NCBI GenBank assembly: GCA_964405555.1
Contig: CAYOOB010000003.1
Location: 24,606 to 88,605, forward strand
Source of the DNA: an uncultured Lachnospiraceae bacterium
GTDB taxonomy: Bacteria; Bacillota; Clostridia; Christensenellales; UBA1242
Direction: 5' to 3'
DNA: 64,000 nucleotides
Of the stretch, positions 1-9,217 are shown piece after piece (position 1 is the stretch's first letter; each line of letters starts with the position of its first letter). A program made the translations under genes and the position numbers. The notes beneath the pieces are model-generated. The model searched no databases and had not been told where the DNA came from. It saw only the letters and a list, made by a program, of their open reading frames with translations.

Positions 1-45
1 TATCTTTAACTTAATATCGTCAAGTCCATAAACTATTTTTCTCAT
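1..45 (-). CDS. 5' end (15 codons, MRKIVYGLDDIKLKI...) of a gene running off the left edge; product unknown
   Basis: ATG at 43-45 on the minus strand, with AAGGAG (complement of 51-56) 5 nt upstream. The frame is open to position 1. Confidence 0.35.
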   Translation of the reverse strand, partial: MRKIVYGLDDIKLKI

Positions 46-138
46 AAATTCTCCTTATGCGAATTTTTGACAACTTGTTTAAATTTTATTCCAAAATTTG
101 TTCTAATGTAACTTTTTGAGAAATAAAATAGGTTTGAG

Positions 139-1671
139 ATGAAATTTTTGGAGGGGTTTATGGCTTTTGAAAGTAATAAATTTAATGTGGTTAGGAAGAA
201 ACATCTTGAAAAATCCACATTCGCCGTGGAGTGTAATGTGGAAAGCGGGGTGGAGATTGAGAAAATTTTGTCTGTTTGCCACACTGCACAGGCAACCGAT
301 GCCGAAATTTTAAACGGAGTTATCAATTATGCTGGCAACATTGACCTATGCATTCTCTATCTGACTGTGGATGGCGAGATTGGCACGCTGAATTCTTCTT
401 GTCCGTTCACATCGAGGTTTGAAGATGAGGCTATCAGTGTGGGAGATAAGGTTGGCATTAAGGTTGATGTGGAAGACTATGCGGTGGAGAGTGTAACATC
501 TTCTAACATCAAAATAAGTTGCACTTGTCAGCAGTCTGGTATACTTATTTTTGAGCGTGAAGTTGGAACAATTTCTTCTGGCGATGACGATATTTGTCAA
601 AAAACAGACGAAATTATAATCAACACTCTTGTTGGCGAAGCGAAAGAAACTTTTCCGGTGGAAAGCGAGTTTTCAATTAAAGAACCGGTAAGAAAAATTA
701 TTTGTTCTGACAGTCAAGTGAGTGTTAAATCGGTGGAAAGTGGAGTGAATTTTGTTTCGGTTGGCGGTGAAGTTGTTACAAGACTTTTATATCTCACTGA
801 AAACGATCGCTTTGAAACTTCATATATAACCGAAAACTTTAAAGAAGAAGTGGAACTTGAAGGGGTAACTCGAGAGTCTGTCAGTGAGGCGTCTGCATAT
901 ATCAAAAGAAGTGATGTTAAAATTCAAATCGAAACTTTGGAGAAAGGTGTGGATGTTAAGGTGAGCGTTCCTGTGGAAGTTCGAGTGATTTCCTACATTG
1001 AAAGAGCGGAAACAGTTGTTACAGACATTTACAGCACAAAATGTAATTTGCAAGTTGATACCTCTTCTTTTGAAATGACTGAGTGTTCCACAACCGACCT
1101 TTTTGAAGAAAAGATTGATGGAACTCTAATCTTGGATGAAGATAAGCCTCGTGTTGACAAGATTATGTTTGTTGGTGGAAGTAATTTGTTTGTTACAAAC
1201 AGTTATATTAAAGGCGGAGAGGTTTTTGTTGAAGGTGTGACAAAAACAAATGTGGTTTATCTTAATGATGAAACAAATTCGCTTAATAGTGTGGTTGTTG
1301 AAGTGCCATTTGTTGTTTCTGACAAAATTGATGCCTCGGAAGATGCACAAGTAAGTATTGATGTGACAATGTCGGATGTGGATGTTGTTGTAAAAAAAGG
1401 AAGAGAATTCCTTTTTGATGCTAAACTTAAAGTTAATGTTTCATACTTTGATGAAAAAATTGGTGCTGTCATTTCGGAAGTTACAACAACAGAAGAATTG
1501 GCAGAGAGAGATTGTTCTGTTGAACTTGTTTTTGCACGTGCAGGTCAATCGGCTTGGGATATTGCAAAAAGCATTAAAGTGAGAGAGGAAACAATTATAT
1601 ATCAAAATCCAAATTTAAGTTTTCCTCTTGTGCAAGATGAAAATGTTATTGTTTATTATAAAATTAGATAG
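139..1671 (+). CDS. DUF3794-like repeat protein (sporulation-associated neighbourhood); product call tentative
   Basis: Long 510-aa ORF with coding-like composition. Recurrent beta-rich modules (..GVINYAGNIDLCILYLTVDG.., ..VGGEVVTRLLYLTENDRF..) resemble the DUF3794 pattern as I remember it. It lies next to spoIIR-sleB-ypeB. Confidence 0.4.
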   Translation: MKFLEGFMAFESNKFNVVRKKHLEKSTFAVECNVESGVEIEKILSVCHTAQATDAEILNGVINYAGNIDLCILYLTVDGEIGTLNSSCPFTSRFEDEAISVGDKVGIKVDVEDYAVESVTSSNIKISCTCQQSGILIFEREVGTISSGDDDICQKTDEIIINTLVGEAKETFPVESEFSIKEPVRKIICSDSQVSVKSVESGVNFVSVGGEVVTRLLYLTENDRFETSYITENFKEEVELEGVTRESVSEASAYIKRSDVKIQIETLEKGVDVKVSVPVEVRVISYIERAETVVTDIYSTKCNLQVDTSSFEMTECSTTDLFEEKIDGTLILDEDKPRVDKIMFVGGSNLFVTNSYIKGGEVFVEGVTKTNVVYLNDETNSLNSVVVEVPFVVSDKIDASEDAQVSIDVTMSDVDVVVKKGREFLFDAKLKVNVSYFDEKIGAVISEVTTTEELAERDCSVELVFARAGQSAWDIAKSIKVREETIIYQNPNLSFPLVQDENVIVYYKIR

Positions 1672-1837
1672 AATATATTATAATAATAAAAAGCCAAAAA
1701 CCTATAAATTTAGAAAAATAGTAATATAAAACAAAAAAAATGAAAATTTTCACAAAAATCGCATATTTTTTGCGATTTTTTTAATTTTTTTCTGATAAAA
1801 ATCAATTTTGAAATAATTTTTTATCGATGAGGTTTTT

Positions 1838-2356
1838 ATGAAATATATTCTTTCTTTTATTGGAGTTGCTGTTATTTGTTGTGCAATTTTTCTTTGCGGT
1901 GGCAATACTGATGCAAACGAAGAATATATTCGTATTCATATTGTGGCAAATTCCAACAGCACGCAAGACCAAAATATAAAGTATGTGGTTAAAGATGCTA
2001 TTGTAAATTTTCTTATTCCATATCTTGCGGAAGCAGAAAGCAAGGAAATGGCGGGAGAGATTGTTGAACAAAACTTAACTAAAATTGCCGAAGTTGTAAG
2101 TTCGGCATTAAAGGCGGAGGGGGCAGACTATGGTGCTAATGTGTATTTAACCAAAGAAGAAATTCCAACTCGAAGCTATGAAACTCTAGTGTTGGAAGAG
2201 GGAGTGTATGATTGCTTAAAAGTGGAACTCGGTGACGGCGAGGGAGATAATTGGTGGTGTGTGGTTTTTCCAGCAGTATGTTTTCTTGATACAAAAAATT
2301 CTTCAAATTATGAGTATATTTCTAAAATTTGGGACATTATATCTAGTGTAATTTAG
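1838..2356 (+). CDS. spoIIR: stage II sporulation protein R (SpoIIR)
   Basis: N-terminal signal/TM segment, then IRIHIVANSNSTQDQNIKYVVKDAI and GEGDNWWCVVFPAVCF, which match the conserved SpoIIR motifs (LRLHV.ANSDS..DQ..K; G.G.NWWCV.FP). Confidence 0.85.
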   Translation: MKYILSFIGVAVICCAIFLCGGNTDANEEYIRIHIVANSNSTQDQNIKYVVKDAIVNFLIPYLAEAESKEMAGEIVEQNLTKIAEVVSSALKAEGADYGANVYLTKEEIPTRSYETLVLEEGVYDCLKVELGDGEGDNWWCVVFPAVCFLDTKNSSNYEYISKIWDIISSVI

Positions 2357-2393
2357 ATTTTTTCAATCTAAAAATCAACTAAATGGAGGAAAT

Positions 2394-3116
2394 ATGAAAA
2401 AAAATTTAAGAAAGAGAGTTGTTGCGTTGGCTTTTGCATTTGTTTTTGCTTTTATGTCTGCGGGCTCGCTGGTGCTTATCTCTACAATGTCGATGGGAAA
2501 TCAAATTGAGGTTGCTGATGCTGTTTCTCTCACAACAAGCGAAATTAAAACAATTCAAACAAAACTTAAGCGTTGGGGTTATTATACTGGCTCGGTGGAC
2601 GGCATTTATGGAACTCTAACAAAGCAGGCGGTTATCTATTTCCAAAAAGTGAACGGTTTGCAAGTGGACGGTATTGTTGGAACAGAAACTGCAACAGCAC
2701 TTGGAATGACACTTTCAAGTAGTTCATCAAGCAGTTCTTCTTCCAGTGATGATACTTCTGTTTCTAGCAACGACCTTTATCTTCTTGCCAAATGTGTTTA
2801 TGCGGAAGCACGTGGCGAGATTTACACTGGTCAAGTTGCGGTGGCAGCGGTTGTTTTAAACAGAGTGGAGAGTGCAGATTTTCCAAACACAATTGCTGGA
2901 GTTATCTATCAACCTTATGCATTCACTGCGGTGAGTGATGGACAAATCAATCTTGAACCAGACGAAACCGCTTATAGTGCAGCCAGAGATGCATTAAATG
3001 GCTGGGATCCTACATACGGAGCATTATATTATTACAACGCTTCAACAGCAACAAGTTCTTGGATTTACTCCAGAACAACCACAGTTGTGATTGGAAATCA
3101 TGTGTTCGCAATTTAA
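2394..3116 (+). CDS. sleB: spore cortex-lytic enzyme SleB (PG-binding domain + Hydrolase_2 domain)
   Basis: Signal peptide. PG_binding_1-like IQTKLKRWGYYTGSVDGIYGTLTKQAVIYFQKVNGLQVDGIVG. Catalytic-domain motifs LLAKCVYAEARGE..GQVAVAAVVLNRV..FPNTIAGVIYQPYAFTAV. RBS GGAGG precedes the ATG. Confidence 0.9.
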   Translation: MKKNLRKRVVALAFAFVFAFMSAGSLVLISTMSMGNQIEVADAVSLTTSEIKTIQTKLKRWGYYTGSVDGIYGTLTKQAVIYFQKVNGLQVDGIVGTETATALGMTLSSSSSSSSSSSDDTSVSSNDLYLLAKCVYAEARGEIYTGQVAVAAVVLNRVESADFPNTIAGVIYQPYAFTAVSDGQINLEPDETAYSAARDALNGWDPTYGALYYYNASTATSSWIYSRTTTVVIGNHVFAI

Positions 3117-3131
3117 GAAAGGAGGTGAAAT

Positions 3132-4616
3132 ATGAGCGAAAAAATGACGCAAAATAATGAAGTTGAAAATACTCAAAACCCTAAAACCAAACATGACGAA
3201 AGTAGATATACTGAAAAGAATTATAACGGCAAGAACAAGAAAGATGAAGGTAGGAACAGGAAAGATGAGGGGAAGAAAAAGTCGTATAAAGGAGCAGTGA
3301 TTGGACTTTCAATTGCAACAGGAATTTTGGGGTTAAGCACAATTGGGCTTGGAGTGGCTTATAGCATGAGTATGACAGAATCGGCTTCTTATGCCACACA
3401 AATTGAAAATATCTACAAGAAAAATTATTATGAATTGGTGGATAATGTGAATAGTGCAGACACTAAAATAAGCAAATTGTTGGCATCGGATGACGAAACA
3501 TATCAGGCAAAAATGTTGACAGAACTCTCGCAAGAGGCGAAGGATATGCAGTCTAATATTGCAAGTTTGCCACTTACTGGCGAAAATGTTTTGCAGGTTG
3601 TTCGTTTTATAAATCAAATGTCTGGCTATACACAAACTCTTGAAGAAACAATTGCCGAGGGTGGAGAACTATCGGATGATGACTTGGAAACCTTAGCCGA
3701 AATGCACGAAGCATTAACTGAAATGAAAAAATATTTAAACCAGATGTCGCAAAAGATGTTTGAAGGATATAGTATTCTGCGTGCGTCATCAACAATGAAT
3801 GGAGATCTCGACCAATTTACATTAGACTTTGCACAAATAAAATCGACTGATGCTGATTATCCAACAATGATATATGACGGACCATTTTCGGATAGTGTGG
3901 TGAATGCTGAAATTAAAGGTTTGACAGGAAGTGAAATTTCAAAGGATGATGCATACTCCAAAGTTGATGAGGTTTTCAAAAATATAAGTAGTTTGAAATA
4001 TGAGGGGCAAACAGATGGTAAATTTGTGACTTACAACTTTTCTCTTGAGAATACTGACGGACAAGATTTGTTTGTTCAGGTAACAAAAATTGGCGGGCAC
4101 GTTTTGACAGTGAGTGGACACATTGAAAGCGACAATACAACCATAAATTTAACACAGGCTGAGAAAATAGCATTAGATTTTGCAGAAAATAATGGTGTTG
4201 AAAATGCCGAAGTTGTGTGGAGCGAAGAGGTGCAATCACAGGTATATTTCAATATTGCTCCAACAGAAAATGGTGTTGTGCTATATCCAGACCTTGTGAA
4301 AGTTAAGGTTGATTTGGAGAATGGTAACGTGATTGGTTATGATGCAATTTCATATTTCACCAATCACACTGACCGCAATTTAGTTGCAAGTGGAATTGGA
4401 ATTGACCTTGCAAGAGAGAGTGTGGATAGTTCTTTCACAATTGTAAATCAAAGACTGGTACTTGCACCATTAGACTATAATCGTGAGGTGCTTTGCTATG
4501 AGTTTGAGGCAACACGTGATGGTGCAACATACTATATTTTTATAAATGCAAGCACAGGAGAGGAGGAAAATATCTTGAAAGTTGTTGAAACCACCGATGG
4601 AAGTAAACTTATGTAA
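3132..4616 (+). CDS. ypeB: germination protein YpeB (SleB partner, PepSY-type C-terminal repeats)
   Basis: Lies 15 nt downstream of sleB (conserved sleB-ypeB operon). N-terminal TM anchor, ~450-aa ectodomain, C-terminal PepSY-like segments. RBS AAGGAGG. Confidence 0.8.
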   Translation: MSEKMTQNNEVENTQNPKTKHDESRYTEKNYNGKNKKDEGRNRKDEGKKKSYKGAVIGLSIATGILGLSTIGLGVAYSMSMTESASYATQIENIYKKNYYELVDNVNSADTKISKLLASDDETYQAKMLTELSQEAKDMQSNIASLPLTGENVLQVVRFINQMSGYTQTLEETIAEGGELSDDDLETLAEMHEALTEMKKYLNQMSQKMFEGYSILRASSTMNGDLDQFTLDFAQIKSTDADYPTMIYDGPFSDSVVNAEIKGLTGSEISKDDAYSKVDEVFKNISSLKYEGQTDGKFVTYNFSLENTDGQDLFVQVTKIGGHVLTVSGHIESDNTTINLTQAEKIALDFAENNGVENAEVVWSEEVQSQVYFNIAPTENGVVLYPDLVKVKVDLENGNVIGYDAISYFTNHTDRNLVASGIGIDLARESVDSSFTIVNQRLVLAPLDYNREVLCYEFEATRDGATYYIFINASTGEEENILKVVETTDGSKLM

Positions 4617-4686
4617 AAACGATAAAAAATTGAAAATATTATACAAAAATTAATAAATACAGACAAAAAATAAAAACACTTTAACT

Positions 4687-4722
4687 TTTTGTGGTTAGAG
4701 TGCTTTTTTTTTATACTATTTA
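4687..4722 (+). terminator. rho-independent terminator after ypeB
   Basis: Stem cactttaac (4687-4695) pairs with gttagagtg (4704-4712), 8/9 bp, followed by a T-run. Confidence 0.5.
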
Positions 4723-4819
4723 AACGAGTTTCTTGATAAGATTTTGAGCCTAAAACAAGACTTTGGTTAATTTGATAGTTGCTTCTAAAATTATTGATCA
4801 ATGTTTTTATTTTCAAAAC

Positions 4820-5863
4820 TTAACCATTGTAATCATCTTTATTGTTGGATGTAAAATTGGTATTACTTTCAATGTTAACATCAAAGTTAGCATCAAAATT
4901 ATGCTGTAAAGATTTTTCACTGTTGGTGTCGACATTGTTATTATTGTTGTTATCGGTGTTATTGACATTGTTATGATTGGTGTTCTTTGTGTTTTTTGGA
5001 TTGTTTTTGTTATTATTTAAGTTATTACTGTCGTTATCATTATTAATACCGACTTCATTATTGTTAGAATTATTAACGTTATCATCTTGTTTGTCATATA
5101 TTTTATGTTTATTTTCATCAGAGTTTTCCTCTTCGTGCGAGGTGTTTTCATAATCAATGTTTTCAAAAATTGATTCTTCGTAATTTAAATCTTCTTGGTG
5201 TTTTTGTATGCTTTGTTGTTGTGTCTGTTTCTTTTTCTCCTTATCTAAGTATGCTGAATGGATGATGATATAAATACCAATTCCAACTGCTGACAAACCA
5301 GCAATTACACCTGTAACACCGTTGAAGTAGGCGGTGTCATTTGCACCTGTTGCAGAAAGAATGGCAACTTGTGTAAGCACAAGAGCAAATATTGCTGAAA
5401 CAAGATTGCATAATCTAAGGCTTGAAAGAAGAATGTCATTCTTTTTTCTTATTTTGCAAAGATGATATATGGCAATTCCAAGTTCTATGAATGAACATAA
5501 AGCTACCAAAATTGACGATATCAATGAGTAAAAGTAGTCTTGCGGTGAAAAGAACAATCTGCCCATGTAAATTCCAAAAGTAAGTCCGGCAATTAAAATT
5601 AGCACACCCATAATCACACTCTTAGACTCTTTGTTTATAGATTCTGCTGTTTTGCTGTGGTTAGAAATAAATATTTTTTTACTAAAACCTATTAATAATG
5701 TGTAAATACCACTCAAGCAATATAGAAATGATGCTTGATATAAACCAAATAATATTTTAGCAACAGACCACAAAAAATTATATATCATTGTTATAAACGT
5801 GATAAATTTTGTTCTTATTAATTGGTCGGTTTTTATTTGTTTTATACTTCTCTTTAATTTCAT
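4820..5863 (-). CDS. polytopic membrane protein with Asn-rich low-complexity C-terminal tail; function unknown
   Basis: 347-aa ORF. About 6 hydrophobic segments fill the first ~200 aa. The C-terminal ~140 aa is dominated by N/D/K (..NNVNNSNNNEVGINNDNDSNNLNNNKNN..). Confidence 0.6.
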   Translation of the reverse strand: MKLKRSIKQIKTDQLIRTKFITFITMIYNFLWSVAKILFGLYQASFLYCLSGIYTLLIGFSKKIFISNHSKTAESINKESKSVIMGVLILIAGLTFGIYMGRLFFSPQDYFYSLISSILVALCSFIELGIAIYHLCKIRKKNDILLSSLRLCNLVSAIFALVLTQVAILSATGANDTAYFNGVTGVIAGLSAVGIGIYIIIHSAYLDKEKKKQTQQQSIQKHQEDLNYEESIFENIDYENTSHEEENSDENKHKIYDKQDDNVNNSNNNEVGINNDNDSNNLNNNKNNPKNTKNTNHNNVNNTDNNNNNNVDTNSEKSLQHNFDANFDVNIESNTNFTSNNKDDYNG

Positions 5864-6240
5864 ATAGTATATATATTTTACTATTTTTATTAATATAATT
5901 CAATTAATTTTAAATAATATTTCATAATTTTTTTTATAATAATTTTAATTTTATTAAAGTTGATATTGTGAAGGTGAGTGGCGTGGCGAAAAATTAAATA
6001 AAAAATAAAGCACTATAACGAGTTGAGGTTATATGCTTATTAGTGAGTGGTTTTTAGAAAATGTTTGTTAATGCTATTTTGGTTTTTAAGTATGTTTGCG
6101 ATAATTTGATTTAAGTGGTTGAATTTAAATTTTTGTTATTTATAATCTAAAAAAAGTTGATACGTAAAAAACTTGATGTTTTTAATGGTTCTTTTGATTT
6201 TGTGTTTATGATGATTAAATTTAAAATTATTATATTGCAT

Positions 6241-6268
6241 AAAAAAAACCGAGTTTACTCGGTTTTTG
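6241..6268 (-). terminator. terminator downstream of spoVG (hairpin usable in both directions)
   Basis: Stem accgag (6248-6253) / ctcggt (6258-6263) with loop ttta. An A8 run lies on one side and a T-run on the other. Confidence 0.65.
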
Positions 6269-6271
6269 GTT

Positions 6272-6547
6272 TTATTCTTGTTCTGCAGAAGCAAGTGCTT
6301 TTTCATATTCGGCAAGGATTTTCTCTTTAAGCATTTCTCTAACTTCTGTTTTGATTGGATGAACGATGTCTTTATGATCTCCTTCTTTTGTTATTCTGCT
6401 TGGCATTGAAAGAAAATATCCATCCTTTCCGCTGATGACTTTGATGTCATGAACAACAAGTTCATCATCAATTGTGATTGATGCAACTGCTTTAAGTTTT
6501 TCGTTGCCATTGTTTACAATTCTTATTCTAATGTCCGTAATATTCAA
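6272..6547 (-). CDS. spoVG: septation protein SpoVG
   Basis: MNITDIRIRIVNNGNEKLKAVASITIDDELVVHDIKVISGKDGYFLSMPSRITKEGDHKDIVHPI is near-canonical SpoVG sequence. Confidence 0.92.
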   Translation of the reverse strand: MNITDIRIRIVNNGNEKLKAVASITIDDELVVHDIKVISGKDGYFLSMPSRITKEGDHKDIVHPIKTEVREMLKEKILAEYEKALASAEQE

Positions 6548-7010
6548 GTTTGTGTACCTTCCTTTTATTAAATCTAAACCTATATGGTCAGTAAAATTAT
6601 ATCACAATTGGATATTTTTGTAAAACAATTTAATCAAATTGTCAATAAAATTTGTAAAATCATATTAATTAATGATGTTTTTTATTAAATATCGTTAAAA
6701 TTATGTACTTTATTTGTTTTAATGTGCGTTTATTTGCGTAATTTTTTGCCTATTGTGTAACAGTTTTTGTTTATTGAGTAACAATATTTGTCTATTTTGA
6801 TTATATTGTATATATTCTTGGAGGTTTTCTCTAAAAAAAACTTTTTGTAGTTTTGAAGATTTCTGGCGATTTTTTAATTTCTTTTAAATTGTTAAAAAAA
6901 GTGTGTTTTATAGAGATTTTAGTTTTGTTTTTCAATTTTTTATATTAGATTCTGTTTTATGAATTCTTATTTTGTGCTTTTTAAAATTTCAAGATTTGGG
7001 AGATGTTAAA

Positions 7011-8300
7011 GTGCGTGATGGTATAAAAAAAATTTATTTGCTTGGTATTGGCGGAGTTTCAATGAGTTCGCTTGCTGTGATGCTAAAAGAACAAAGTTAT
7101 GATGTGTCTGGTAGTGATGAAGCTTATAGCAGAGGGGTGGAAATTTTAAAAAATAACAATATTGGTGTTGATTTTGATGTTAACTATCAAAAAATTGCAA
7201 ATGCCGATTTGGTTGTTTTTTCTTCCGCAATAAAGGAAGATGACCCACGCATGATTTTATGTCGAAAACTTGGGAAAAAGGTTTGGCAAAGGGGTGAATT
7301 GTTGGGAGAAATTAGTAACAGCTACGAAAAGGTTGTTGCTGTTTCTGGTTCTCATGGAAAAACCACCACAACGGCAATGATATTTGAAATTTTGAATGTT
7401 GCAGGGTTAAATCCTTCTTTGCATTTGGGTGGATATCGTGTTGAAAATGGAAAAAATTATCATCTTGGAGGCAAAGAGTTTTTTGTTACAGAAGCGTGCG
7501 AATATCACAACAATTTTTTGTTTTTACACCCATACATAAGTGTTATAACAAACATTGAAAAAGAACATATAGATTTCTTCAAATCTTTTTCTAACCAACT
7601 TAAATCTTTCGAGAAGTTTAAAGTGCAGTCTAAAAATGTTGTAGACAATTTTGAAAATTATAATGCCACAAACATTAGACATGACAACAATGGAAGATTA
7701 ATGTTTTGTTTGAGGCGAGGTAATAAAAAAATTATGGATTTATATATGAACATAAGTGAAGATGTTAATGTGCAAAATTGTATATATGCTCACATTGTTG
7801 CTAAAAAATTGGGTATTCCTGACTGTTTGATAAAAAGGGGATTGGAAAGATTTAAGGGTGTGAAAACACGTTTTGAAAGGAAAAAATGTGCATATTTTGA
7901 TGTGTGTATATGCGATTATGCACATCATCCCACAGAAATTATGAACTCCATTCTAAGTGCGAGGAAGATTTTTAAAGATAAAAAAGTTGTCACTGTTTTT
8001 CAACCTCACACTTATTCACGCACAAAAACACTACTGCCAGAATTTTTGAAAGTTTTTCGTGACCAGCCGTGTCCGATTTTCTATAAAACCTATTCTGCAA
8101 GAGAAAGTGAAAGTGATGGGTTAACCGCCTTGCAATTTACAGAAAAGTTGCAAAAAATTAATAAAAATGCGAAATATTTTGACAATTTTTGCGATTTAAA
8201 GTCTTTTTTATTGAATTTTCCTAAAAAAGATACTGCATTACTATTTCTTGGTGCGGGTGACTTGCCAGAGATTTTACACAAAAATTCTTTTGTTGAATAA
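7011..8300 (+). CDS. murC: UDP-N-acetylmuramate--L-alanine ligase (MurC)
   Basis: IYLLGIGGVSMSSLAVML (Rossmann N-domain) and VSGSHGKTTTTAMI (Mur ligase P-loop). I prefer the GTG at 7011 because GGGAG lies 8 nt upstream. The track ORF begins at TTG 6972. Confidence 0.85.
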   Translation: MRDGIKKIYLLGIGGVSMSSLAVMLKEQSYDVSGSDEAYSRGVEILKNNNIGVDFDVNYQKIANADLVVFSSAIKEDDPRMILCRKLGKKVWQRGELLGEISNSYEKVVAVSGSHGKTTTTAMIFEILNVAGLNPSLHLGGYRVENGKNYHLGGKEFFVTEACEYHNNFLFLHPYISVITNIEKEHIDFFKSFSNQLKSFEKFKVQSKNVVDNFENYNATNIRHDNNGRLMFCLRRGNKKIMDLYMNISEDVNVQNCIYAHIVAKKLGIPDCLIKRGLERFKGVKTRFERKKCAYFDVCICDYAHHPTEIMNSILSARKIFKDKKVVTVFQPHTYSRTKTLLPEFLKVFRDQPCPIFYKTYSARESESDGLTALQFTEKLQKINKNAKYFDNFCDLKSFLLNFPKKDTALLFLGAGDLPEILHKNSFVE

Positions 8301-8309
8301 CATGATAAT

Positions 8310-9035
8310 ATGATAAAGAATTTTCGTGACACCACCATTTTTTACCGCTTTTTTGATAAGAAGAGTGAAGTTGTGAATGTCTATCTTCACGGCTGGGGAG
8401 CGGATATGAAAAGTTTATTGTTCTGCAATGAATACATAAATAAACAGAGTTCGTTGTTTATTGACTTTCCTCCATTTGGGCGAAGTTCAAAAACACTTGC
8501 ACATTGGACAATATTCACTTATGCAAATATGGTGATGTCAATATGTCATCATTTAGGCATAAAGAAAATAAACTTGATTGGTCATTCATTTGGTGGGAGA
8601 GTGGCAATCATTCTTTCTGCACTATGCAAGAATGAGGTAAATAAACTTGTTCTTGTTGACAGTGCAGGCATCAAACCGAAACGAAAACTTAAATATTACA
8701 TAAAAATTTGGACTTATAAAATAAGAAAAAGGTTGGGGCTTGACATTACAAAATATGGCAGTCGTGACTATCTTATGCTTGATGAAAATATGAAAAAGAT
8801 TTTTGTTGGGGTGGTTAACACTCATCTAGACGACTTCTTGCCACTTATAAAAGCAAACACCTTAATTATCTTTGGAAAGAACGACACCACAACACCAATT
8901 TATATGGCAAAAAAATTGAAGCGGAAGATAAAAAATTCACAAATGATTTTGCTTGAAGATGCTGGGCATTTTCCTTTCATTGACAGGCGGTTGGAGTTTA
9001 TTGCAGAACTTTCAAAATTTTTATCCGTACCATAG
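8310..9035 (+). CDS. alpha/beta-fold hydrolase
   Basis: Nucleophile elbow GHSFGGRVA, a late ..DAGHFPF.. His motif, and a ~240-aa size typical of the fold. Confidence 0.7.
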   Translation: MIKNFRDTTIFYRFFDKKSEVVNVYLHGWGADMKSLLFCNEYINKQSSLFIDFPPFGRSSKTLAHWTIFTYANMVMSICHHLGIKKINLIGHSFGGRVAIILSALCKNEVNKLVLVDSAGIKPKRKLKYYIKIWTYKIRKRLGLDITKYGSRDYLMLDENMKKIFVGVVNTHLDDFLPLIKANTLIIFGKNDTTTPIYMAKKLKRKIKNSQMILLEDAGHFPFIDRRLEFIAELSKFLSVP

Positions 9036-9217
9036 AAACGAACATCTGCTCTAAAATTCAAAAATCGGCTTTGAAATGTCATAATTAGCGTATTAGAAAA
9101 AGAAAAATTTTATTTAAAAGAAGAATTTATTTAAAGGAAGAACTTATTTAAAGGAAGATTCTTTATTGAAATTTTTAATAAAAAGCAAAAGCAATAATTT
9201 TTTAAGTTGGAGGATGT

